Positions 1 through 8,753 of a stretch of DNA of 64,000 nucleotides are shown piece after piece (the first letter of the stretch is position 1; the number at the start of each line of letters is the position of its first letter). The stretch is taken from the NCBI GenBank assembly GCA_963729625.1, contig CAVSOU010000011.1, positions 640,001 through 704,000 on the forward strand. Reading direction: 5' to 3'. The stretch is from an uncultured bacterium (lineage in GTDB: Bacteria > Chloroflexota > UBA5177 > JANWHV01). Position numbers and translations under genes: made by a program. The notes beneath the pieces were generated by a model. The model made no database searches, was not told the origin of the DNA, and saw only the letters and a program-made list of their open reading frames with translations.

Positions 1-520
1 CATTCACCCGAATCCCGTATGGGCCGAGTTCCAGGGCCATGATACGCGTGAGTTGATCGACTGCGCCTTTTGATGTGCAGTAGGCGGTGTGGTCGGCAAG
101 ACCAACCTTGGATGCCTGAGAGGAAATGTTGACGATGGCGCCCCGGCGTCGCTCTACCATACCGGCTGCTACCTTCTGTGCCACGAGGAAGCTAGCGCGC
201 ACGTTGACTGCCAGCGTCAAATCGAAGCTGGCGACGCTGGTGTCGAGGAATGACTCCAAGATCACAATGCCGGCACTGTTCACCAGCAGATCGACAGGTC
301 CTGCTGCGACTACGGCACGGGACGCGGCATCCGGGTCGGCAAGGTCAACGACGATAGTCTCCCCGCCAATCGCCTCCTTGAGCGACATGAGATCGGCAGC
401 AGACCGGTCGAGCGACACTACCGTCGCACCGCACTCGCCGAGAACCGTCGCTACCTCTCGTCCGATACCGCTGGCTGCGCCGGTAACGAGAGCACGCTGC
501 CCGTCAAAACGGATCTCCAT
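1..520 (-). CDS. SDR oxidoreductase, L-xylulose/D-erythrulose reductase-like (runs off window edge)
   Basis: Not in the ORF track; translated by hand from ATG at 520: MEIRFDGQRALVTGAASGIG...NSAG...NISSQAS...YCTSKG...ELGPYGIRVN. TGxxxGIG and YxxxK motifs; GGAGG RBS upstream. Confidence 0.85.
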   Translation of the reverse strand, partial: MEIRFDGQRALVTGAASGIGREVATVLGECGATVVSLDRSAADLMSLKEAIGGETIVVDLADPDAASRAVVAAGPVDLLVNSAGIVILESFLDTSVASFDLTLAVNVRASFLVAQKVAAGMVERRRGAIVNISSQASKVGLADHTAYCTSKGAVDQLTRIMALELGPYGIRVN

Positions 521-1053
521 GCACCTACCTCCCCTTTCACAGATACAAGCGGTTGAAACCGCGCCCTGCGTTCGGCCAGGGTGGCGCCCCCCAAGGCTCG
601 GTGACCGATACGGCCTGCTGTGCACATCGATGTTGCCGAGAACAGCGTGTCTCCGTCAATGCATGGGCGATCGCCGGACTGCTTCGAGGTGTTGGACAGG
701 CGGGAGGGGCCAACATGGCACGGGAGGGTGCGTCCGCAGAGCACACGGGCACCCGGTGTGCGAACCCTTCCCTCACCACTGACAAGCTGGTAGCTGTACT
801 GGCTACCGGATCCTGCCGTCGACGGCGAGGGATCACCGTTTGCGGCATAGGGGTACCGCCGCCGTCTCGGCTTGGATCAGCACGTCGACCGCGGCGCCAA
901 GCAGCTGCTCCCGGAACCGCGTGGCGTCCGCCGCACAGCGCGGCGGCTGAGCGAGGGGAAGAGCAGACGCGATGCCATCCGGGTGTGAGGATAGCCGGTC
1001 GAACGCAGTGTCACGTTGCGACCATCCGCGCGGCTGTAGCCACGCTCACTGGC

Positions 1054-1536
1054 TCAGCGTGAAGCCGGTCCGGTGACGCTGGAGCGATAGTCCGCATCCA
1101 CGCGGTTGATCTTCTCGACCTTGCGCGCCGACGTGCCGCCTGCAAACTCGGATTCCAGCCAGGCGTCCACGATCGATTTCGCAAGTTCCAGCCCGATGAC
1201 ACGAGCTCCCAGGGCCAGGATCTGGGCGTCATTGCTCTTGCGCGCTCGTTGCGCTGAATAGACGTCGTGCGCTTGTGCCGCGCGCACACCAGGCACCTTG
1301 TTGGCCGTGATCGCCATGCCGATGCCCGTGCCGCACACCAGGATTGCCCGCTCCTCGCTTCTGCGGGCCACCGCTTCAGCAACGTCCCGCGCAATGTCGG
1401 GGTAGTCGACCGTCGCTGACGGAATAGCCGACGCCACGCCAAAGTCGTGGATGTCGATCCCCTTGGCCTCCAGGTAGCGCCGGATCTCTTCTTTCAAGGC
1501 GTAGCCAGCATCGTCGCTTCCCAGTGCTACTCGCAT
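1054..1536 (-). CDS. rpiB: RpiB/LacA/LacB sugar-phosphate isomerase, probably D-erythrulose-4-phosphate isomerase (DerI)-like
   Basis: GSDDAG, DYPD, CGTGIGM, ANKVPGVRAA and ARKSNDAQILALGARVIG motifs; AAGGAGG RBS before ATG 1536. Confidence 0.9.
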   Translation of the reverse strand: MRVALGSDDAGYALKEEIRRYLEAKGIDIHDFGVASAIPSATVDYPDIARDVAEAVARRSEERAILVCGTGIGMAITANKVPGVRAAQAHDVYSAQRARKSNDAQILALGARVIGLELAKSIVDAWLESEFAGGTSARKVEKINRVDADYRSSVTGPASR

Positions 1537-1604
1537 GATCTCCTCCTTAGCCAGCAGGACTTCGACTCCACGTGCCCGGTCACCGATGTGCTGGCACACC
1601 GCTC

Positions 1605-2240
1605 CTAGGTCGCCTCCTGACAGGCACGAACTGCGGCGGCGAGGATGATCGCCACCGACGTTGCCCCCGGGTCCTGGTGGCCGATGGTCCGCTCACCCAA
1701 CCGGCTCGCGCGCCCGACCCGTGCCACCATCGCGCGTGTTGCCTGCGCGCCGGCCTCGGCTGCCTCCGCCGCCGCTCGCGCTGCCGTCAAGGCGTCGCAG
1801 CCTTCGTCCACCGCCACCCCGGCAGCCCGGGCCGCCGGCTCGAGCGCGTCGAGCATCGTCTTGTCGCCTGGTTGTGCCTTGCCACGATGTGCCACCCCCT
1901 GCACAGCCGCATCCAGCATCCGGGCTACCAGATTCGGCGTGATCGTCGTCTGGCCTGCGCTCACCTTCCCCGCCTCGATGAATGCGGTGCCGAAGAGCGG
2001 GCCCATGGCGCCACCCACGGCGGTGAGCAGCGTCTTGCCAACCTCCTGCAGGATCACGCCGATGTCCCGCGAGACCACGCCTGTCAGGCGACTCTCAGCC
2101 GCCCCGAATGCTTTGGCCATCGAGATCCCGTGATCGCCATCGCCCAGCGCCGCGTCGAGCGCACACAGCTCATCCTTGCGCTCCTGCAGGTCGCAGCACA
2201 CGGCATGCAGGGCATGCACGAGAGCGTCCGCATCGTTCAT
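1605..2240 (-). CDS. dhaL: Dihydroxyacetone/erythrulose kinase subunit L (DAK2 domain)
   Basis: LDAALGDGDHG, GGAMGPLFG, GDKTMLDAL, GRASRLGER and DPGATS motifs; start at MNDAD (2240). Confidence 0.9.
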   Translation of the reverse strand: MNDADALVHALHAVCCDLQERKDELCALDAALGDGDHGISMAKAFGAAESRLTGVVSRDIGVILQEVGKTLLTAVGGAMGPLFGTAFIEAGKVSAGQTTITPNLVARMLDAAVQGVAHRGKAQPGDKTMLDALEPAARAAGVAVDEGCDALTAARAAAEAAEAGAQATRAMVARVGRASRLGERTIGHQDPGATSVAIILAAAVRACQEAT

Positions 2241-2265
2241 CTTCTGTGCCCCCCGTCTGCAGTAG

Positions 2266-3294
2266 CTACCGCTGCACGAAGCAGGGCGTGGCGGCAGGCG
2301 CGTCCAATAGGCCCTTGAGCTCGTCGTCCAGCTTGAGCAGCGTGATCGAGAATCCGGCCATCTCCAGCGCCGTGAAGTACTCGCCGACAAAAGAGCGAGT
2401 GATGGCGATCGATCGGTCCCCCAGGTTGCGTGTGAGCCGCCGCTGGGCGATGTACAGCTCGAGCTGTGGCGTGGCGCCCAGCCCGTTGATCAGCGTCACC
2501 ACCTCATCGCCCGCCTGGAAAGGCAGGTCGGACACGACCTCCTGCACCAGGCGGTCGACGAGCGCATCGACCGGGACGAGCGGCTCGGTGCTCGTGCCCG
2601 GTTCCCCATGGTGCCCCACGCCCACCTCCATGGCGTCATCGGCCAGGGTGAAGGTCGGTCGCCCGGCTGCCGGCACGGTGCACGGCGCGATCGCCACACC
2701 CATGGTCCGCGTACTGGCGTTGACGCGCTCGGCGATCACTTTGGTCTGCGCCAAGGTCGCACCCCTCTCGGCCGCCGCGCCGCAGGCCTTCCAGATGAGG
2801 AACTGTCCCACCACGCCACGGCGCATCTCCGGCCTGTCGTGGAATCCCGCCCCCACGTCATCGGTGGCAATCGCCATCTCTACCTCGATGCCTTCCTCAC
2901 GTGCCATCTCCGCGGCCATCTCGAAGTTCATGACGTCTCCGGAGTAATTGCCGAGAAGCAGCAGAACCCCTTTGCCCCGGTTGACGGCACGGATCGCGCT
3001 CAGCACGCCCGCGGCGGGCGGTGAGGTGAAGATGTCGCCCACCACCACGGCATCCAACATCCCTTCCCCGACGTAGCCGATGAAGGCTGGTTTGTGGCCC
3101 GAGCCGCCGCCCGTGACGAGCGCCACCTTGTCCGCAGGCTTGGCGCGGACGAGCACGCGGGAATCCTGGAGCCGCTGCACTTGTCGCGCGTGGGCCTGCA
3201 CGAACCCCTCCAGCATCTCGTCCACCACATCGCCAGGGTTGTTGATGAACTTCTTCATCGCCCGCGGGCGGTCAGCATTGCTCGGCATTGTCAT
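2266..3294 (-). CDS. dhaK: Dihydroxyacetone/erythrulose kinase subunit K (DAK1 domain)
   Basis: MKKFINNP, GGGSGHKP, FTSP, NYSGDVMNF, GHHGEPG and NGLGATP motifs. Confidence 0.92.
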   Translation of the reverse strand: MTMPSNADRPRAMKKFINNPGDVVDEMLEGFVQAHARQVQRLQDSRVLVRAKPADKVALVTGGGSGHKPAFIGYVGEGMLDAVVVGDIFTSPPAAGVLSAIRAVNRGKGVLLLLGNYSGDVMNFEMAAEMAREEGIEVEMAIATDDVGAGFHDRPEMRRGVVGQFLIWKACGAAAERGATLAQTKVIAERVNASTRTMGVAIAPCTVPAAGRPTFTLADDAMEVGVGHHGEPGTSTEPLVPVDALVDRLVQEVVSDLPFQAGDEVVTLINGLGATPQLELYIAQRRLTRNLGDRSIAITRSFVGEYFTALEMAGFSITLLKLDDELKGLLDAPAATPCFVQR

Positions 3295-4635
3295 CGCTAC
3301 TACTCCCCGTTCCAAAAGCACCTACAACCGAGGCCCGAGACCGTCAAGCGGCCACACCTCTAGCGCTCACCTCAGTATCTTGGGACACCAGGCCGGGCAG
3401 TCAAGCTAGTCGCTCCCGCTAGCTGACGCCCAGAGCTCCCGGGAACACGTCCGCATCCTGCAAGGGCGGCGAGCAGAATCGGCCCGCGACTGCCGGTAGT
3501 GCGCGAGCAAGGCGTCCTTGTCTTCGGCCAAATCTTTCCCCTCCGCTCCGCACCATCCAGATTATCCCGAGGCTGGGTGCACTGAGGCAGTGCTCGCCGG
3601 CGAAGCAGGTACCAGTGGTCGGCGCGGCACGTCACGAACACCAACGAGTGCGGCGCGAAACAACCGAGCGACTGCTACCTGAAGTCTGCTCATTGTACAG
3701 CCGCGAGCGCAGACGAGGCACGCAGCGAGCCGCACACGCGCGACCAAGCTTGCAATACCTGCGTCCGCGGCACAAGTCACTCGGCGGCTCTCGGAGGACT
3801 TCGAAGCAGAGTATGACGATCGTGTCGAAGGACCATGTCGGCGTCGACGTGCTGGATGCTCACGCAGCCAGACCAGTTCCTGCCGCGGTCATCAGCCGCC
3901 AATACGGCGCCCACAGGCGGAGAAGGCAAGGTCTGGGTCCACCACGTGCCTTGACCGGATATAACTAGCTGAGTAAGCGGCATGCGATGAGCTAGACTGT
4001 CCACGCGTTGGGAGCTGCGTCCGGGCCCTGGGCAGGGGAGAGGCACGTGACGTGTCGTGTTTCCTGACCAGGAGGAGTCCGACCTTAGCCGTGCCCGCTG
4101 CATCCTCGTGACGGGAGCCGGCAGCACCACGAGTAGCAACCGCCAGTGCGACGACATGTCGCATCTGCCATGAGCGTCCAGTCTGGCGTAGCGGCGACGT
4201 CGACGATGGCCAGGGCACGTGCAAGCGGTGCTATCACGTGTCGGTGTGGCCCGGCCGTCCCCTGGCCAAGCGAGCCAGGACGACCACGAGGGCATCGGCA
4301 ACAGCGCTCTGGGAATTGGGGATGCAACTGGAGATAGAGCGGCTGTCCTAGGAGGGCGACAGCGACGAAGCGACGCCATAGCTGCGCCAAGGTGAATGCC
4401 ACGGCGAGCGCCTGCGCGCTGAGGCCATATCCTCACACATCGTGTGCTACGCTCGAAGCCGGGTTGTCTGCCAGAAGCAGGGCATCCCATGACGGCGAAG
4501 CTCCGGCACCCGCAGCTCCAGCGCTTTCCCGTACCCAAGCAGATCCTGGCTCGGTGCGGCGTACCCATGTGCTATGCTGGTCCTGCCATTCATGTGGCCA
4601 CGTAAAATGTCTCGTGCACGCACCGAGTAGAGGCG

Positions 4636-5244
4636 ATGGAGACGGCGCAGCCGGAAGACACCGGTCAGCCACACACCTTCGCGAAGTTGCTGCGACACTA
4701 CCGTACCGCGGCCGGCTTCACTCAGGAGGAGCTGGCTGAGCGCGCCGGCCTGAGTCTGCGCGGCGTGCTCTACCTGGAACGCGGCGGCCGGCAGCCCTAT
4801 CGAGATACTATCCGTCGCCTGGCCGACGCGCTGGCGCTCAGCCAGGAGGGCCGTGCCGCCTTGCTGGCGGCGGGACGCCGGCACGGCAGCGGCGATGCGG
4901 CAAGTCCCGCCGCAGGAGCGCAGCTGCCGCGCGAGGATGAGTCGGAGGCGGTGCAGCCCGGGTGGGTCTACGTAGTCCATACCCAGGGAGATCGCGGGCC
5001 GGTCGAACGGCTCCAGGCCGACCTGCAGCGACGCGGCACCACCACCTGGGTGGACCAGGATGACCTGCCGGCCGGCACGCCGAGCTGGGAGCAAGCGCTG
5101 CGCGAGGCCGTCCGCGGCGCGCTGGCGGTGCCGCTCATCGCCTCCCCGCACACGCGCTCCTCACGCTATGTCGCCGATGAGCTGCGCATCGCCGAGCTGT
5201 ATGGGCGGCGCGTGTATCCGCTATTCGGCGCAGGGCGCTCCTGA
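4636..5244 (+). CDS. XRE-family HTH fused to a TIR-like domain (possibly C-terminally truncated)
   Basis: N-term FAKLLRHYRTAAGFTQEELAERAGLS...LERG; C-term VERLQADLQRRGTTTWVDQDDLPAGTPSWEQALREAVRG...IASPHTRSSRYVADELRIAE (TIR_2-like). Confidence 0.8.
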   Translation: METAQPEDTGQPHTFAKLLRHYRTAAGFTQEELAERAGLSLRGVLYLERGGRQPYRDTIRRLADALALSQEGRAALLAAGRRHGSGDAASPAAGAQLPREDESEAVQPGWVYVVHTQGDRGPVERLQADLQRRGTTTWVDQDDLPAGTPSWEQALREAVRGALAVPLIASPHTRSSRYVADELRIAELYGRRVYPLFGAGRS

Positions 5245-5302
5245 GCTACTGCGCAGCGAAGGCGGACGAATGTTTTGAGGCAAACGCGAGGGAGGACATT
5301 GC

Positions 5303-6901
5303 ATGAAGGCGGGGGATGACGCCAGCGTGGAGCAGTGGGGACTGTTCGAGGTCACACTGCACGGGAGCGAAGAGGGCAATCCGTTCCAAGACGTCGATCT
5401 CTGGGCGGAGTTCACGCACGAGAGAAACACAATGAGAGTCAGCGGATTCTACGCCGGTGGCGGGCGGTATTGCGTTCGCTTCATGCCACCATCGCAAGGC
5501 AACTGGCAGTACCGCACGCAGAGCAACCTGCGTGAGATCGACGGCGTCGCCGGAACATTTGCGTGTGGTGCACCGTCGAAGGAGAACCACGGCCCAGTGC
5601 ACGTCGCCGACCGCTACCACTTTGCCCATGCGGATGGCACACCGTTTCATCCTATCGGCACTACCTGCTACGTGTGGACCCTGCAGGGTGACGCGCTCGA
5701 AGCGCAAACGCTGGAAACACTTCGGCACGCCCCGTTCAACAAGCTGCGGTTCTGTGTATTTCCTAAACGCTACGTGTTCAACCTGAACGAGCCGCCAGCC
5801 TACCCGTTCCCCGGGGAGCTCCCGCGGGACCGCGTGATTGCAGTGCCCTCATTCACGAGCCGGCCGGCACCGCCGCCCGATGTCTGGGACTTCACCCGCT
5901 TCAATGTCAGTTACTTCGACCACCTCGAGCAACGCATTGTCGATCTGCAAAGGCTTGGCATCGAAGCCGATCTCATCCTGTTCCACCCCTACGATTCCGG
6001 CGCCTGGGGCTTTGATCAGATGCCGCACGAGGTCAACACCCGCTATCTGCGCTACTTGGTTGCACGCCTCTCCGCGTTCCGCAACGTCTGGTGGTCCTTC
6101 GCCAACGAATATGACTTGATGTTCAGTCACACAGAGAACGACTGGGACTTCTATTTCAAGTATGTGAGGGATCTGGATGCGTTTGACCATTTACGTTCGA
6201 TTCACAACTGCGTGGCCTTTTACGACCACAGCAAGGCGTGGGTCACGCACTGCAGCGTGCAGCACCATGACCTGGCGCGCGTGGCTAAATGGCAACGGCA
6301 ATATGGCAAGCCTGTTGTGGTGGACGAGTGCGGCTATGAAGGCAACATCGATCAACTCTGGGGCGATCTGCCGGCAGAGGAGCTGGTAAGGCGGTTCTGG
6401 CTTGGCTTCGTTGAAGGCGGATACGTGGGCCACGGCGAGACGTACTGGAACGAAGCAGAAGTCCTCTGGTGGTCAAAAGGCGGCGAGTTGCGAGGCGACA
6501 GTGTGCCGCGCATCGCCTTTCTTCGCCACGTGATCGATGGAGTGCCCGGCGCAGGTCTCGTCCCGCTCTCTCCGGTCCGCTTCTCGGAGTTCGATTCTAT
6601 CAGTGAAGCACGGGAATTCATCCAGTCGCAGGACCGGGAGAGAACGCCATTGGCGAATGACGCTCTCGGCTTTGAGGCGGCGGGGCGGTCCGGATCGGAC
6701 TATTTCCTGCTCTACTTCGGCGCGCATGAGCCGCTGTGGCGAACACTCAATCTTGGCCAGGGGGATTTCGCCATAGATGTGATCGACACATGGAATATGA
6801 CGGTCACGCGATTCGCGGAGCACGCCAACGGGCAGGTGCGGGTGGCACTGCCGGCCAAGCCGTATCAGGCCATCCGCATCGAACGGGCCTGGCTATGTTA
6901 A
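5303..6901 (+). CDS. DUF5060/DUF4038/DUF5605 apiosidase-like (GH140-related) putative glycoside hydrolase
   Basis: N-term VEQWGLFEV...GNPF...VSGFY...VRFMP; core GTTCYVW, PFNKLRFCVFPK, WWSFANEYD, RSIHN, VVDECGYEG, GHGETY; C-term DVIDTWNMT; GGAGG RBS. Confidence 0.8.
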   Translation: MKAGDDASVEQWGLFEVTLHGSEEGNPFQDVDLWAEFTHERNTMRVSGFYAGGGRYCVRFMPPSQGNWQYRTQSNLREIDGVAGTFACGAPSKENHGPVHVADRYHFAHADGTPFHPIGTTCYVWTLQGDALEAQTLETLRHAPFNKLRFCVFPKRYVFNLNEPPAYPFPGELPRDRVIAVPSFTSRPAPPPDVWDFTRFNVSYFDHLEQRIVDLQRLGIEADLILFHPYDSGAWGFDQMPHEVNTRYLRYLVARLSAFRNVWWSFANEYDLMFSHTENDWDFYFKYVRDLDAFDHLRSIHNCVAFYDHSKAWVTHCSVQHHDLARVAKWQRQYGKPVVVDECGYEGNIDQLWGDLPAEELVRRFWLGFVEGGYVGHGETYWNEAEVLWWSKGGELRGDSVPRIAFLRHVIDGVPGAGLVPLSPVRFSEFDSISEAREFIQSQDRERTPLANDALGFEAAGRSGSDYFLLYFGAHEPLWRTLNLGQGDFAIDVIDTWNMTVTRFAEHANGQVRVALPAKPYQAIRIERAWLC

Positions 6902-7174
6902 GATTCGCGATGGCGAGCGGGGGCGTCTCGCTTCGGTTGTGCCACGGTGCGATTACGGTTATGGCAGAGAACCATCGAATCACGCTCGGCTCCAGCCGCC
7001 CTGGTGGCTGGTTTGATGGGATAGTCATTCGAACGACACCAACGCCTGGCGACTGGCGCGTCCTGCCTTCGTCCGACAACAGGCATAGGCGTGCGGTTGC
7101 AGGGCCCGCAACCGCGGCTGTTCCGCCGCCCACAACTCGCACCACGCGGGGAACGCGTCATCGACACACGTGTG

Positions 7175-8698
7175 CTATTCGCGGCTCACCTCAAGCAGTG
7201 TCACGCCATGCGGTTCGACCGTGCACGACCAATCCAAGATCCCGCCGTGCACGTTCAGCCTCTGGACAGAGACCGAGGGTTCCATGACACGTCGCAACGC
7301 TTTCAGATCCGCAGGCCGGATGTGCTCTGGGGCTCCCATCGCAAGCCATGCATCATAGACGCTGCCCCGATCGCGGTCGAAGCGCGTCGTCTGCACACGA
7401 ACGGGACCGTCCAGGCCGGAGAAGCGCATCGAAAACTGCTTGGGAGGTCGGCGCTCAAATAGCTCATATACCCTGCTGCCTTCGGCCAGCTGAAACGACC
7501 GGCTATCGTTTCCTTCCGTGCTGTAGTGGCAATAGTTCCAGAGCAGGACCACGAGCGCACCGTCAGGGCGCCGCGTAACAGCAAACGAGTCACCGCTACC
7601 CAACTCCTCCGGTCCCAGGCGGGATAGGAACCAGTATCCATGATAAGCTGGCTTCTTCAGACCCTGGGCGTTGACCAGACCGAATCCGCCATGGAAGGGT
7701 CTGTCTCCGAGCCGATTCTCTTCGAAAATATCGCTTACCGTCCAGAAGGAGAGGGAGTCGGCGAGCCCACGTGCCAGCCAGTTGTTGCGCACGATAAAGG
7801 AGGCCATGAACGCCGTATCGTGAGACGGATCGCGAGAGCTGGGGCTACTGCTCCATTCAGTGAAGTGCCTTTCCAGAGTTGCAAAATCCGGCGATACCGT
7901 GTTACGAACGCCGCCGAGATCGGTCAGTAGCCGATCCGGACCGTCCCACGTCATGTAGCCGTGACCCTCGAGGTCTACGGGATGCAACGTCGGGTAAGGA
8001 TGCGTGGAGAAGAAGTCGATGGGCAGATCTTGGTTGCGACAGGCGGCAAGGAATTCGTCGCCCCAGGGCGCCTGGCCGGCAACAGCGCCCGACCCCGATG
8101 AGGCCGGCCCGCCAACACGCAACATGGTGTCAATACGCTTGATGGCGTGGGCCGTTCGACTGTAGAGTTCCACGTACGCGCGGAAGTCGGCGCCCTGCCA
8201 GAAGATCGGCAGGTTGGGCTCGTTCCACACTTCAAAGTACCAGCGCCGGACCTCGGCAAGCCCGTAGCGATCGATGGCGTGCCGCACGAACTGCTCGACC
8301 AGCCACTCCCAGCGATTCCAATCTCTGGGAGGCGTGATGTTGGCTTTCCACCAGAAGACGGTCTCCGAGCCGCTGGCAAGATCGTAGGGCATGAAGCCAA
8401 GTTCGACGAATGGCCGGATGCCGAGGGCAAGCCAATGATCGTACACCAGATCGACGTACTGCCAGTTTAGAACAGGCAGCCCGTTGCTTTCGTGGTATAC
8501 CATCATATCCTCATGGAATAACCCGTGCATGCGAAGGTAGTCAAACGGCATGTCATGCTGCACCATCTCCAAGTGCTTCTGGAAGTCCGCCCGAAGCGCC
8601 TCCGCGACCCGACCGCCGCCGATGCAGACACGCCAGTGGGGCAACAGGTCCACGCCCGGCATGCCGCAGTCAATGGTGATATGAATGTGGTCGATCAT
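7175..8698 (-). CDS. GH39 beta-xylosidase-family glycoside hydrolase
   Basis: YLRMHGLFHEDM, PFVELGFMP, FEVWNEPN (acid/base), STHPY, FTEWS (nucleophile), FHGGFGL motifs. Confidence 0.92.
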   Translation of the reverse strand: MIDHIHITIDCGMPGVDLLPHWRVCIGGGRVAEALRADFQKHLEMVQHDMPFDYLRMHGLFHEDMMVYHESNGLPVLNWQYVDLVYDHWLALGIRPFVELGFMPYDLASGSETVFWWKANITPPRDWNRWEWLVEQFVRHAIDRYGLAEVRRWYFEVWNEPNLPIFWQGADFRAYVELYSRTAHAIKRIDTMLRVGGPASSGSGAVAGQAPWGDEFLAACRNQDLPIDFFSTHPYPTLHPVDLEGHGYMTWDGPDRLLTDLGGVRNTVSPDFATLERHFTEWSSSPSSRDPSHDTAFMASFIVRNNWLARGLADSLSFWTVSDIFEENRLGDRPFHGGFGLVNAQGLKKPAYHGYWFLSRLGPEELGSGDSFAVTRRPDGALVVLLWNYCHYSTEGNDSRSFQLAEGSRVYELFERRPPKQFSMRFSGLDGPVRVQTTRFDRDRGSVYDAWLAMGAPEHIRPADLKALRRVMEPSVSVQRLNVHGGILDWSCTVEPHGVTLLEVSRE

Positions 8699-8753
8699 CG
8701 GGTCTCAGCCCCAGAACAGCCTCCCCGCTCGACGCCGGTTGGTTCCCAAGCCT

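Noticed and set aside
521-1053. Structured 530-bp gap between rpiB and the SDR (hairpin around 721-772) as a riboswitch/ncRNA
   Set aside because: No recognisable aptamer consensus; GC-rich hairpins arise by chance.
3810-3900. WLREHP-like ISL3 transposase remnant on the minus strand
   Set aside because: A six-residue match, too short to support a call.
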